DNA of 63,809 bases, counting the filler, from Craspedostauros australis (lineage: Eukaryota), in assembly GCA_030167865.1 (NCBI GenBank). It is 11 parts of 11 records of this genome, joined end to end, with 100 filler letters (N's around TTAATTAATTAA, not from the genome) between each part and the next. Parts side by side here need not be neighbours in the genome. Positions count along the whole stretch, not along the records: positions 1 to 27,198 come from JALAGF010003866.1; positions 27,299 to 33,834 come from JALAGF010003869.1; 9 more parts are not named here. One strand, 5' to 3'. Position 1 is the first letter of the stretch; each line of letters begins with the position of its first letter. The notes beneath the pieces are model-generated. The model was given only the letters and a program-made list of their open reading frames with translations, did not search any database and was not told the origin of the DNA. The position numbers were made by a program, and so were the translations under genes. Shown piece by piece: positions 21,526 through 33,934 of this stretch.

Positions 21526-24500
21526 CTAGAGGACCATACCCTTCTGCGGCACGACTGTCTCCATTGTGGGAGACAGGGCAGTTGGGAAACGATTCCGCAG
21601 CGATTTCGTGATCGCAAAGGCGCCCCAATCGTCGTAGAGCTCCACGGCCTTCTCCATGTGATACTTCGCATTGGTGATGTCCTTGAGTCGGAGGTAATGC
21701 TCACCAGCACGTTGGTGCGCAAGCGCATGATGGTGTGTGACCCCGGACCGGCCCGCTTGCAGAATTGCGCTGTCGAAGTGCTTCTCGACGGCATCGTTCT
21801 TTCTGCGCAAGCTGGCCCATTCGGCGTTCAAGATATCAACGCAGTGGCGTAGGTTGGGGTTCTGTGGAGTGTATTGGTATGGATGTGTGGGACGAACAGA
21901 ATCGTGGACGTATAGTAGTGTGAGAAAAGATCGCGGCTGTATTCGCAGGATGCGATGGCAAATTCATCGTCAAGGCAAGCTGATTCGATGGCCGCATCAA
22001 TACTGGTCCGGGCACTTACACCTTGTTTCTCCCATCGCCGAACCTTGTTGGTGAACGCCCTTGCTAGCCGCAAGTACTTCCGTGTCTTCGTTTCGTAGTA
22101 ACGAGAGATGCAGCCAATGGCGTTGCAGAAGTACAGCTGGTAGGATGCCACCAGCCCCATCATGGACACCAGGAAGCTCCCTTGGTGCATCTTGCTTCGG
22201 TACATGATCTTGATCAGCGTGCTGTAATCACCCAGCATGAACGCGATATTCATCTCGGCAAGGGAGATTGTCGCCTGATGATGATCGGTGGTATGTGCTC
22301 GTAGTTCGTGGAGAGACGGGACGTCATCGTCCAAGTATGAGTGATCCCCGGACATCGCGGTGAGATTGTGCAACGTGATCCAGGTGTAATCTCGAATTTT
22401 CGGAAGGTTGAATTCGATCATCTGCCGTGCGTACATCTGGAGATTGGGTGCCAGTTGGGATATGGAAGAACCTGACCTCCAACCGTACTCCAGGTACATG
22501 TATATGCAGAAGAGGGCGTTGTTCGTATCCCCCACAGTGAGACCGGCTTGGTATCCTTTCCAGAGGAACTTGCGAGTCAGTGTCGCCATGCAAGTCCAAT
22601 GTTGAACCAATCCGTTGGTGATGAAGTATACACGCGATGCAAACTGCGGGGATGCCCCGGCTTCGATCATGGAGATGGCGCAGTCAGCGTACAGCTTGCC
22701 CCCCTCCGTATCACCTAGATGGCATGCCAACGTGACGCCGATCTGAGCAATCACGAGAGGCGCTTCGTCGCTCAGCCCACATTTCAGTGTCAGCCAGAAT
22801 GCCTGAAAGACGGCCAAGGCCTGAAGGTCGGAACCCAGAAAGTAGGCGAACGTGGTCAGCTTGTCGATCAGCTTCAGGACCCAGATCTTGGATTGGTCCG
22901 TCATCTTGGGGAGCTGCATCAGATCATCTGGCTTGACAGACCTCAGCTTTTGCATCAGCTTGATAGCACCCATCACCACATGAGCCTGAATCATTCGTTT
23001 CGGAAACTTGCAATCAAGCTTCGCCAGAACGTCGAGGCAGAGGTTCATCCCATCCTCCATCCGGTCTTGCGATTCCATGCTGACGAGCAGGACGTTGTAG
23101 GCCGCCTGCTTGTCCAACAGTTGCACGCGAGGCTGGTTGATGATGACATGGCACAGCCATTGGGTGTGCTCCGAGGCACCATTCCCGCAGCACACGTTGG
23201 CTTCGGCCGCGCGAGAGTAGAGCTCCAAGGACAGATCCGTGTGGCTCTGCCAGTGGTTGATCGGCAGCAACGCGATGCCTTTGTCCAGGTACTGCGCGGC
23301 TTGAGCGAACGCTGACGACTCCGCTGCCTTTTCACCTGCACGGAGGTTGAGGTAGATCGCATCCATGCGCTCGGGTGAGGATCGTCGGATCTTGTGTGAT
23401 TGTGTGTTAAGTAAGTTCACCACTGTGAAGAGGACTTCCTCCAACTCGACCGGATCGAGATGCTCGATCAGAAGCTGCGCCACGCGGAACTGCAACAGGA
23501 TCAGCTGCTCCGATTCGATCAGCAAGGTGGCTGCCTCTCGGATTCGATCGTGCACCCATTTGTACTGCGTCGGTGATATCTTCTCGACGAAGCCATAGTC
23601 TTCGCACATGAGGAGATCATCTGTGCCAACCTTCGTCGGAGAATCAGAAGCGAAGGAGTGGGACGAGGCATTGTCATCCGCGTCGTGATGGAAGGAGGAG
23701 GATGGCAGAGTGAACTCTTCCGACAGGCCCAGCTGATCCTTCCATATTGCGATTTGCCGGAAGATGTGAGTCGAGAAGTGGCTCCCAAGCGATGCCATGG
23801 CGGGCAAGAGCTGCTGAGTGTGCATCGGCATGTCCCTCATCTTGCGCTGCAGGATGTCGATGACGTTGTCGGTTGCCGAAGTTTCCTGCTGGATGGTCGG
23901 AACGTCCCACTTCCAGGTGAACAGCCCGAGGTGAAACGTCAGCAGATCCCTCTCCACCAGATGCATCAAGAACTGCTTGATGAAGAACGGATTGCCGCTG
24001 GTCTTGGCATGCACGCAGTGGGCGAGTTGTTCCAGCGGGCTCAGCGGAGCAAGCGGGGCGACGGAAACGCTTTCGGAGTCGTCAAGAGATAAAGTATGGT
24101 TGGATGATTGCAATGGCAATGTTGATGCTAGTCTTGGAGGCGTGTGTGATGATGAGGCTGACATGAGCACGTCATCGAGCATCGTGTAAACCTGGTCCAC
24201 TGTTAGGTTCTGCAGGCTAACGTGCTTCACCACGACATTGTGATTGAGGCGAGATAACTTGTCCATGTTCTGCATGGATGCTTGCAGCAGCGCCGACGGC
24301 TCGTTGCTTCGGTACGTCCCGAGGACGACGAAGCGATGAAGGTCGTTGTCCTGGAAGATCGAGGCCAGCAGATCCAGCGACGCTGTGTCCGCCCACTGCA
24401 AGTCGTCGATGACGCAGACGAGGAGGGCGACATGCCTGGTGACGATGCGAAGGAGTTGCCGCACGATGAGCTTGAATTGATCCTCCGAGAAGTTGACATC

Positions 24501-25691
24501 TTTCATTTGCCTTTGTGATTGCTGTTGATTCTGTCGGAATTGCTGGCGGAGGGATGAGACGGATGATGATCGAACCAGCGATTTCGTTTGCGGCTGCAGG
24601 GCTGGGATGATGGTCGATAGGATGGATCGCTCGTTGATTCCCATCTCTTTGTGAATGTCCTTGTGTATGTTGGAGAAGATGGCCCTCTTGCTTTGTTGAT
24701 AGTGAGTCTTCGATCCCAGGGTTGAGACAGACTTGGCATCCGAGTCTCCAGATCCCCGGCTTCTGCGATGGCCCATCCCATGGCCACCCGTCTTGGTCTC
24801 GGTGGAGCCAACGGAGGTCGGACTATCCGAATCCTTGCTCCCCGCTATCTGCCCCCACAGATTCTGCAAGACCTGTGATATCGCCGAGTATGGATCTGCA
24901 TGCGAATGCTGGGAATCGAATTTGCCGTGTGATGAGCACACGAACGCAGTGTTTACCTTCGAGTTGCGGCGCCGCCTGCGAGTCTCCTTGAGGAGTTCAT
25001 GGATGACCTGCCTCGCAAAGACAGACTTGCCGATGCCTGGCGCTCCTGAGATGTAGACCATGTTCTTCGTGTTGCTGATTTGGTTGTCATTCTGGTTGCC
25101 AGTAGTGGCCGCTGTGACGGCGGCAGTGCTGTTGGTAGTGTCGTTGGCATTGTTCACATCATGGCCGGTACCAACGTCTTCGATGCTTGCACTCGGTTGA
25201 ACCACGGGTTTTGGGAAGTTCCCGCTGAGCACATCCTGTATCTCCTCATCGCGGCCATACAGCCGATTGGCCTCGAATCGCAGTTTTGTGATCTCCAACT
25301 CGTCGAGTCTGGCTTGCGTATGCTTGGACGATTGCAACTGCATCGCTTCGTGACCTCCGGAACCCAGACCATGATGGCTGGACATCGATAACCGGCCCTT
25401 GCCAGAACGCCTCTTCTCTCTGAAATCCCCGGCGAAAGAATTGTTGCTGCTCCACCCGGGCGAACCTTCGTCAGTGGAGAATGTTGTCGCGATCGTCGCA
25501 TCGTCTGAGACCGATGATCTTCGTCCTTTCGAGACCCTCGTCCGCAGAGCATCTGCATTCCCTCGCATCCCGGCGGCGATGGCGCTCATGGATCTTCGGA
25601 TGGGTTTTCCGGTGGGGCTCTTCATGCTGTGTGCGCTGTGTACGCTATGCGCGGACGATATCGATCGTCGGATCTCCCTCATGTTGGTCAT
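21526..25691 (-). CDS. STAND-class AAA ATPase (AAA_16/COG3899-like) with TPR-like C-terminus; exons 25691-22020 and 21861-21526
   Basis: LYGRDEE, Walker A GAPGIGKS, GKFD, PYSAI, Walker B VCVIDDLQWAD, GTYRSNE, KTSGNPFF, YKWVHDRIREAA, NLRAGEKA. Phase-0 intron GTAAGT(22019)...CAG(21862) joins EKQG|NPNLRH and adds ALAHQRAG...YDDWGA. Confidence 0.88.
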
Positions 25692-27198
25692 GACCGTTGG
25701 TCTGTCAGTGATTATGGATGGGTGCCTTGTGGGTAGTAGTACGGGTATTGGTATTCTAGTATGCAACAACCGATTGCTCGAAGGCGGAGAGGTGCTTCTT
25801 TGTTGTGCTGTGCTGCGTTGTGCTGTGTTGTGTCGTGGTGGGCTGCGATGTACCTCTACTTGTGCGAGTATTGCACAGTGTGACTCGAAGGGGTTTGGTA
25901 ATCTTCGAGGGTATCGGTTTTACACTGCTTCGTGTTTTGTGGGAGCAGCTGCGGATGTTTCAGCGATGGCATTGGCACTCCACGAGGACGAGAACGAGAA
26001 CGATGAGGAGTGTGAGTCCGAGTGTTGTTTGCATGCCAGCCACCAGCCCACACGTCTCCAGGATTATCCGCTGTCTCCGGACTTTCTGCAGGTCCCTTGC
26101 AAGTTGAGGCACAGCCATCCATGTCGGGTGTACTTGGGCCAAGGGTGGCCAGCGTGGCGTTTGACAACGCGCAATCACTCGTTGTTTGGCCATCGTGGAT
26201 GAGATGAAGAATACACGGAGGGAAGGAAGAGCCGAAAAAGTGTGGATGTACTCCAGGGAACAAGTTCCTGCGCAAGAAAAACATCTTTCACTCCCTTTGT
26301 CTATCATCAGCGAATGCAGAAGTATTGACATACTTGAAGTGAGTGATGGAGAACACCCGACAGGGCTTGAATAATAGTAACGACAACGGGAACGACCGAG
26401 CTGTTTGACATGAATCATTGTTGATATGTTCCTTCGTGACAATGACCGCGTTCGTCTGGCAGCGAAGGGAACATAGGTACCACGTTCAATGTTTAGTCTT
26501 CGAAAGGACAAAATAGACCCAACAGATCTGCGAACAAGTAATCTCACGTGTTGCGCGGTTATGCGAATCACAAACCAGAAACTTGTGACAAATGAACACG
26601 ATGAACACAACTGAAGGCGTGAGTGTATTGCCATGGCTCGATGTGAGTGTGCGAAGCACCGACAATCGCATGAGAACGTTGCTTGTGCCGTTCATGGCTT
26701 GCGTACACAATCTACCCATTTCCTCACGATGATTGTCGAGCGATTTTATGCTACCAGGAAGTCCTACTTATGACCCCGGTGAGCGAAAAGGTTACGCCCA
26801 AGTTGGCATCGCAGCACGGATCGGGTATCAAATTGCATATATCTCTTACAATCAATGTTAGGTTTCTATTGAACACCTTATACCTCTTGAAGGCGTTATA
26901 TTTTAAGAGTTATGGAGGGCTAAAACTCATGGTAAATCTACCTATTAGGTGAATAACGCACAGACGCGACGGTGCTCGTTGGCGCTTCAATTGAGTCGCA
27001 GTGGTCATTCGTCCCATAACGTTCTTTTTTCTTCCGTCGTTTGGGCCTTGTTCGCGATTCTCAAATTTATGGAGAGTGACTCTACCTTGTGCTCGCACAG
27101 AATCGTTGGTGTGAACACAAAACTCTTGTTGTGTGGAGAGTGATGTGATGTATTGTGATGTAATGTGATGCAGGGCGATGTGCCATGGGCCGTCAACC

Positions 27199-27298
27199 NN
27201 NNNNNNNNNNNNNNNNNNNNNNNNNNNNNNNNNNNNNNNNNNTTAATTAATTAANNNNNNNNNNNNNNNNNNNNNNNNNNNNNNNNNNNNNNNNNNNN
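27199..27298. other. Artificial contig spacer N44-TTAATTAATTAA-N44 (first of ten; others start at 33835, 36352, 39925, 41655, 43599, 50838, 54716, 59790, 62218)
   Basis: Identical 100-bp structure at each gap; the 12-mer puts a stop codon in all six frames. Confidence 0.97.
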
Positions 27299-27556
27299 AT
27301 CACCGAATATCACAAAGACGTTAGTGATGCAAACGGCGACATAGTGTCTGCTACTCAACGGCTCGCCATTTACCTCAGCCCGAATCCAAATTCGAGAGAA
27401 GGCGTCCTCTGGCAGCAGGCCGGTGGGAAGGCTGTGGCTTTCTATGATTACGAGATGAAGACGAAACGTATCAAGGAGGCATTCACCTTGACGGACGGAT
27501 CGACTGCATACAGAGCATGCGTCAGGACGCCGAATGATATCATCCAATGCGAATAG
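27299..27556 (+). CDS. Possible 3' end of an unknown gene truncated by the gap
   Basis: Frame is open from the contig edge (ITEYHKDVSDANGDIVSATQRLAIY...RACVRTPNDIIQCE*) with protein-like composition; no family recognised. Confidence 0.35.
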   Translation: MTEYHKDVSDANGDIVSATQRLAIYLSPNPNSREGVLWQQAGGKAVAFYDYEMKTKRIKEAFTLTDGSTAYRACVRTPNDIIQCE

Positions 27557-27734
27557 AGCAATAGTGGTTAAAATTAACAAATGTGTTTTGAATGTATGTT
27601 ACTTGGGGCAATTAGAGATAGAAGAGAGCACTCCATGGGTGAATGCTGCTGCTGCTGCAAGTACCTCTTGTCTTTGTCTCAAAATCGTACTGATGCTTCA
27701 TGTGTTGTTGGTCTGCCTCCTCTTTATTGTCTAC

Positions 27735-29234
27735 TCACAAGATGTTGCAGGAATGCGCAAGGTTCAGCTTGCGTTTGCTGATCCAGGGAGACGGTCTGTT
27801 CTTCGATGGATTGAATGTCTTCTTCTCCTGCTTGACCAGCCGATCGATGTCCGCAACGAATCCCTTCCAATCCGTGGATGGATCTGGCACACCATCGAAG
27901 GACTCTTCGCCGAAAAGGAGCGCGGCAAAGTCTCTTAGTTCTGTCTTTGTCAACGGTCTTTCATCGAGAATGCCAAAGACCCTGTCGTGGAAGCCGAATT
28001 CACGGAGCCTGTGCAGCGGGAGGCCGTACGAGAGCCACGGTTGCTTTCTTTTTACTTCGGCCGCTTCACGATGGAAGTCGTCCAGCACTTCCAGCGACAG
28101 CTCCAGCTGGCCGTCCAATTCGTTGTAGAAATTGATGACGTTGGGTTCGTCGGTGCACAGGCGGACGACGACCCAGACGGGCAGTCCCTCGAGGGGTCGC
28201 AGCGCATTCACGAGTTTTCTGCTGTGTTCATGACCAACGTGTCTTCGTTCATGACCACCGTGTCTTCGTTCGTCGGCCGGCAGCTCGCCGGTCGGCAGCC
28301 CGTCGGTGGCGATCACGATCACAGCCTTCTTGCCGTGCCTGCGCAGCTCCGGCGCCATGCGAGACACTTCCTGCTGAATGGCGAGAATGTGGCTGGTGAG
28401 CGGCGTGCAACCTCCTGGACGCGCGCGTCTCATGATCCCCAACGCCTCCTGCATGTCATGTGGCGTAGTGTCGGGATTCTCACCGACTGAGAATTGCTGC
28501 GGTCCGACGTTGGCACCGGGGTCGTTCAACAGGCGGAAGCGCGTTGGTGCTTCAATCAAGCCTGCGAGTTTGATGTGATAGCTGACGCACTCCTGGATCT
28601 CTTCCCATCGTGTGCATGGCACCCTGTGGACTGTGTCGCTGCTGGTGACGAGAAGACATCCATTGTTCTCTCGCATGCTATCAGAATTGTCGATGATCCA
28701 GAAGCGCAATGCAAAGACTTCTTTCATGGGATTCAGAGACAAGCAGAGACCTGATGGTTGATCGATAAGACCGAGGGTGGCTCGTGAGCAAGCATTGACA
28801 CGACGAGGAAAGAATGGAGCGCATCAGTGCCATTGAATGTGAATCGCAGATTGTAGAAGATCGTGTGAGCAGTCAGTCGATTACGTGAGCCTCGAGTTGG
28901 GTGAAAGCCACACAACACACTCAGTGCATGCGATGCAATGTGATGTGATGACCATTGGTCGCGCACTGCACAACACGCAACGCACACTGTGCACTGTGCA
29001 CTGCAAAACCCTTGGTCTCATGGCATGGCATGATACGTTGCACTTACCCTTGGTAAAGCCTTGCTGCATCAAGCGTTCGACTTGGTTGCCCGTCAGCTTC
29101 TTCGGCTTGTCGCGAATGTATGATGGCGCAGCTTCACGAGGAGCCGAGCTGGAATGGTCATTGGGTGCCTTCATGGGAACGACGGTTGCTATTGCCGTCG
29201 GTGTGTCATGTGGGTTCATTGACGTCATGTTCAT
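27735..29234 (-). CDS. vWA-domain protein with C-terminal CAAX motif; exons 29234-29048 and 28750-27735
   Basis: Phase-1 intron GTAAGT(29047)...CAG(28751) gives QGFTKGLCLSL...RFWIIDNSDSM (MIDAS DxSxS); also PGGCTPL, VIVIATDGLP, VVRLCTDE, LEVLDD; ends in CNIL. Confidence 0.85.
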
Positions 29235-29360
29235 GTTTTTGTGTCCTTGTGGTTTGTTGCTTTGTTTTTCTTGGTTTCTGTTGCTCTCTACTTGTTGGTG
29301 CCTGTGGAATGTGAGTGGCTTTGTGGCTCTCTTTGTGATGGTCGCAGGGGGCGAGTGTAT

Positions 29361-29637
29361 CTGTGTGCGTCTGTGTGCGTCTGTGTGCGTCTGTGTGCGT
29401 CTGTGTGCGTCTGTGTGCGTCTGTGTGCGTCTGTGTGTGTTGGTGTGTGTTGGTGTGTGTTGGTGTGTGTTGGTGTGTGTTGGTGTGTGTTGGNNNNNNN
29501 NNNNNNNNNNNNNNNNNNNNNNNNNNNNNNNNGTGTGTGTTGGTGTGTGTTGGTGTGTGTTGGTGTGTGTTGGTGTGTGTTGGTGTGTGTTGGTGTGTGT
29601 TGGTGTGTGTTGGTGTGTGTTGGTGTGTGTTGGTGTG
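29361..29637. repeat. Compound 10-bp tandem repeat (CTGTGTGCGT)n then (TGGTGTGTGT)n, with internal N gap
   Basis: Seven CTGTGTGCGT units (29361-29430), then TGGTGTGTGT units interrupted by Ns at 29494-29532. Confidence 0.95.
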
Positions 29638-29845
29638 TTTGCGGTCGAGGCATGCAGATTTTATGACATTGATGAGATGGATTCACCCAAAGTGACACCG
29701 TTTCGTTCGCATCGTGTTGCGTTCTGTTGTGAATCGTGAAATACGCGTTGACCTCATCCAGTTCGCCACAACCCAACCATGCAAAACAAAAAATCACGCC
29801 TCAGACACCACGTCGACGCACAATGAAAAGCGACATGAGATCTTT

Positions 29846-31796
29846 GGAGGGGAAGGGAAAACGGCGTTTTGTTAAATTGCGACGAAGCAAAACGAAAGTC
29901 AAAAAGGGATGCCGGCCACCAAATGGCGAAACATTCTTGCGTATTTTCCAAAACAACTTGCGTCTTTTTTGCTCATTATCGTGTTGCGCACGGACTGCAT
30001 CTTGTTGTTTTTTGGCTTTTTATTCTGGTCCACAGATCCTTCGCCTCTTCATGCCATTCCACACATTCGATAGCCACATGTCAAGATGTATGTGTATATG
30101 TGCATCGTTCACCTGTTATTCTCTTATACATGTACGGATGGTAAACTATATTCGTGTCAATAGTATGCTGTGATTTGTCAGAATCACAGTGGAAATGGAA
30201 CACACGAAAACGAGCAGAATTTCTGGAGGAAATTTGTAATCAGTGATTTCTGAGAGAATCAGGAACATCGTCCGTCCATCCATCAATGGGAACGTATGGT
30301 GTCGAGCGAAGCTCGAGGTACCTCCCAACTAAACCCCAGATGACGATATCATCTGACAGACCATCGCATCATTGATGGAATGTGACATCTGGAGAGCAGA
30401 AGGACGCCTACTGACGTCAACAGGATGTCATCATGTCACCACATCAACATCTGTCTCCATGTCAGAAGCAGAAGGTGAAGATTCAATGACCAAAGGACAT
30501 CAAGATCATGGATACACTAGGTGAATTTCAAATGGTAAGTACTCGTGGAGTAGGAACCAGTAGTGAATGAATGGAGTATCATATAGTGCAAATACACAAT
30601 ATTGAGAGAGAGAGAGAGAGAATACAATATCAGCAAGAGAGCATCTCGCATACCAACTCATAGTCCGACAACCCAATCTACAAGACAGTCAAACATGCCA
30701 AGAGCATCAGGCAAGAGAATGGACACCAAGAGGATCAGAGTGTCAACGTAATGAAATAGCAAACAGAACAACTATCAACAACACTGTCTTCCATGATCGT
30801 AGGCTTCCAATCATGGAACTTGCCAACACACAGTCAATAGAGTACAGAAAGCACAGTCCCATATCTCCGTGAAGATTGCACCACCACAAGCACATGAACT
30901 GGCAAGCCAGAGTGACTCAGGAGCTCCAACGCATGGCATTACAACAATGGTCCAGCCAAAATCACAAGCTCTGGGAAGAAGCCAAGCATGGCATGATGTC
31001 CCAGTGCAAGGACTCCTACTGTGAAGCCCTTGTAGAGCTACCACAAATGTCCATACCTCCTCACCTCCATCAGCTTGCCCAGAACCTGCTGGGAACCAAT
31101 CCAAGCAGAGCAGTACAGCTTCTAGCCATGACACATGGCATGCTGCATGTTGAGACCACAGTTCCTCCAGAGTAGCTAGCATGGCTGCGCTGTGCACCAT
31201 CTACATCCAACATCCTGAGACGCAACCACACGCCCAGCACGCTTCACCCGATCCACTGTGGGGGCGGCTAGCGCCACCATGCGTTACGCCCATGTGTACA
31301 TTACACATCTACTGGCATACACAATTGTATGCAGCCACACGGCAAGGCAAGACCTGCCAACAGTATCTGTGCCCAATGCAGGTCTCCTGTGGAATAAACG
31401 AGGCGGTACAACAGCGCCTGCGGCACACAGATATAGACTATAGTCTATATGGTACAACAACAACAACAACTTAACAAGAACTGTGCATAGCATGCATGGG
31501 GAGGAAGAGAGAAGTAGGTTGCAATGTCACCATGGTAGGTTGGTGTGCCATTAGTCGGTACGGGGAGGGTGGTGGTAAAGTGTGCCTGTGAGTTGCGGAC
31601 GAAGTCGCGATGACCAATGCACTTTTTGTCCCAAACCCAAAACAAGTCACAAATGCACAAGGAAAGCAACAGCGAAACCTGTGAAATGACTGATTCCAAC
31701 GAACAGCAGGAAAATCTGGAAAATATCAACAATGGACCCACTTTCTATTCTTTCTGAGTCGCATTTACAAAACAACGCCATTTTCCCTTCCCCTCC
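29846..31796. mobile_element. Non-autonomous TIR DNA transposon (1951 bp) with 3-bp TSD TTT
   Basis: Left end GGAGGGGAAGGGAAAACGGCGTT; right end reverse complement GGAGGGGAAGGGAAAATGGCGTT; TTT directly flanks both ends (29843-29845, 31797-31799). Related pieces at 33935-34897 and 41398-41654. Confidence 0.8.
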
Positions 31797-32265
31797 TTTG
31801 ATGGGCCACCGATGGTTCGTGTTGGAGTGTTAGTTTGCACGTCTGGTTAGCACAACCAACTGATGATGATAGATTGGTCGGATGCGAACACATGGTAGTC
31901 CGTGGGGCACATGCGGTTCACATTTTTCAGGTGATGCGCGTTTCTCGAATCTTCGAGAAGAGAAACTGACCTGAAGATTCTTCCGCAGATGGAGAGAGAG
32001 ATTCGGACGTCTCAGACGCGCCTCTGCGGCCAGATCCATGTTCCCCACGGAACAAAGAGGAAGAGATCAAGAGGACTGTGTCCGTGCCGGAGGTGTCAAC
32101 GAAGTGAAGGTGACATGAAGAGGTCGCGATCATCAGAGATCGTACTCGCGCCAAACGAACAAATGGACCAACCATACCATTGTTCTGTACCAAACATACT
32201 GCAAAGCACTACGAGTATGTGAGCTTGAGATCAGGGTGGAAGGAATTGGAAAGCTGAGAGACTCT

Positions 32266-33834
32266 TTACTCGGACGTGGATGCGTCCATTGCCTTCTCGC
32301 TTGTGTCGTTGAAGATCTCAAGCATGTCGCACCGCTCCTCCAAAGCCTTCACCTTCGTTGTGGCGCCCCACTCCTTGTTCAATCTCAGTGCCTCTTCGAA
32401 ATAGTAACGCGCATCACCCGCCTCTCCGTCTCGGATGTGGAACTCGGCCAGGCGTTCATTGCCGATGGCCTGGATGTTGATCTGCCCTCGCCGTGCCGAC
32501 GAGCGGATGGAATCCTGGAAGCATTGGAGTGCCAACGTCGTATCACCCTTCAATGACAGCCATTCGGCGTTCACAAGGTCGAGAAGATGCGCAGTGTTGG
32601 GACAGCCACGGGAGGTCCATTCCTCCAATTTGGCCCGGCACTTCTGCGCGAGCTTCCTGTACTGCTTGAAATACTTGTTCTTCTTTTCCCGTTGCTTGGC
32701 GGAGTCCGCAATGGCAGCGTAGCAGCTGAAACCAGCGAAGAATATGGCAAAGATGCTTGCAGCATGAGTCATGAAGAGCCTCATGACTCCTTCGAAGTAC
32801 TTGACTGCCAAATCCGCTGCCGTCACGTAGTCTGCCATGTACGACGCGTACACTACCTCGGTATTCGCCCGCAAGCAACGGTGACGCAGTGCCTTGGCAC
32901 TTTCGCCGGCTGACTGCGAATGCCTGCTGCGGAGGAGACTGTCCGACGAGGATTGATTCTTCGGTTCGTACGGTTGCCCCAGCAATCTGCGAACAAGACT
33001 GTCGAATACATTCAGCTTTTCTTCCTGCCTTGCCAGTTCGCAACCATACGTTAGTTGCAAGTAGATTCGATGATCTTGGTACACCTCGTTCAAGTTGTGC
33101 CCGGTGTGCAACCCAACGTAGGTGTACATGAAGGCAGCCCAGATCGCATTGTTCAAGTCTCCTGCAGACATTGATGCATCGTGAATGTCTGAGAATTTCT
33201 TGAGCAGCTGAGAGAATGGCACATCTCAGCTGAGTGCTCTGGAGCTGGCAACTATGAGAGTGCGGTTCTTTGCCTCGTGATTCTCCATCGACTCCACCAT
33301 CGTCGCGGCGTAGTTGGCGTATGCTGTGGCAGTTTGCACATCGTTCAGTCGGGCGAGGACGAGGTTGGCCAGGCCAGCAAACGCTGGGCCAGACCACGGC
33401 GTCAGTCCAACCTCAAAGGACTTGCGGACGCCATCGATCAACAGCAGAGGCAGGAGATCAGGTCTATCCTGAAAACAAGCATCCACCAACCGATCCAATG
33501 TCATCATGTATGCCAGAGCTTCCTTGTTTGTCGTGTACTTCAGAGTGTGGAGCAAGGCAGGCGCCCATTTCTGTTTCACTTTCGATGACAGACCAATGAG
33601 CCCTTTCAGAGTGGCAAGTTTCTGCCGTCTCCTCCCTTCCGGTATGCGTGATCCCATGCCACGCAGAACATTCAATCCAAACATGATTGGATTGAACGAA
33701 GTCTCATCTCGGTGCTTGACTGTTCTGCTCGTTCCGATCATCAGATGGTACACCCGCAGCTTGTCCAGCTTGGAGCACGCGGAGTTCTGCACAGCCTTTG
33801 CGTACTTCTCCAACATCATCATATCTGCATTGAT
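32266..33834 (-). pseudogene. C-terminal part of a second STAND ATPase-TPR paralogue, 5'-truncated by the gap, with in-frame TGA at 33226-33228
   Basis: ORFs 33226..33822 and 32266..33222 share one frame; GDLNNA, GCPNTAHLLDLVNAEW, AIGNERLA and EWGATTKV align with the 21526-25691 gene; the stop sits where that paralogue has Trp. Confidence 0.75.
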
Positions 33835-33934
33835 NNNNNNNNNNNNNNNNNNNNNNNNNNNNNNNNNNNNNNNNNNNNTTAATTAATTAANNNNNNNNNN
33901 NNNNNNNNNNNNNNNNNNNNNNNNNNNNNNNNNN

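Noticed and set aside
28885..29797. Cys/Val-rich and His/Thr-rich repeat ORFs
   Set aside because: Translations of the 10-bp tandem repeat read through Ns.
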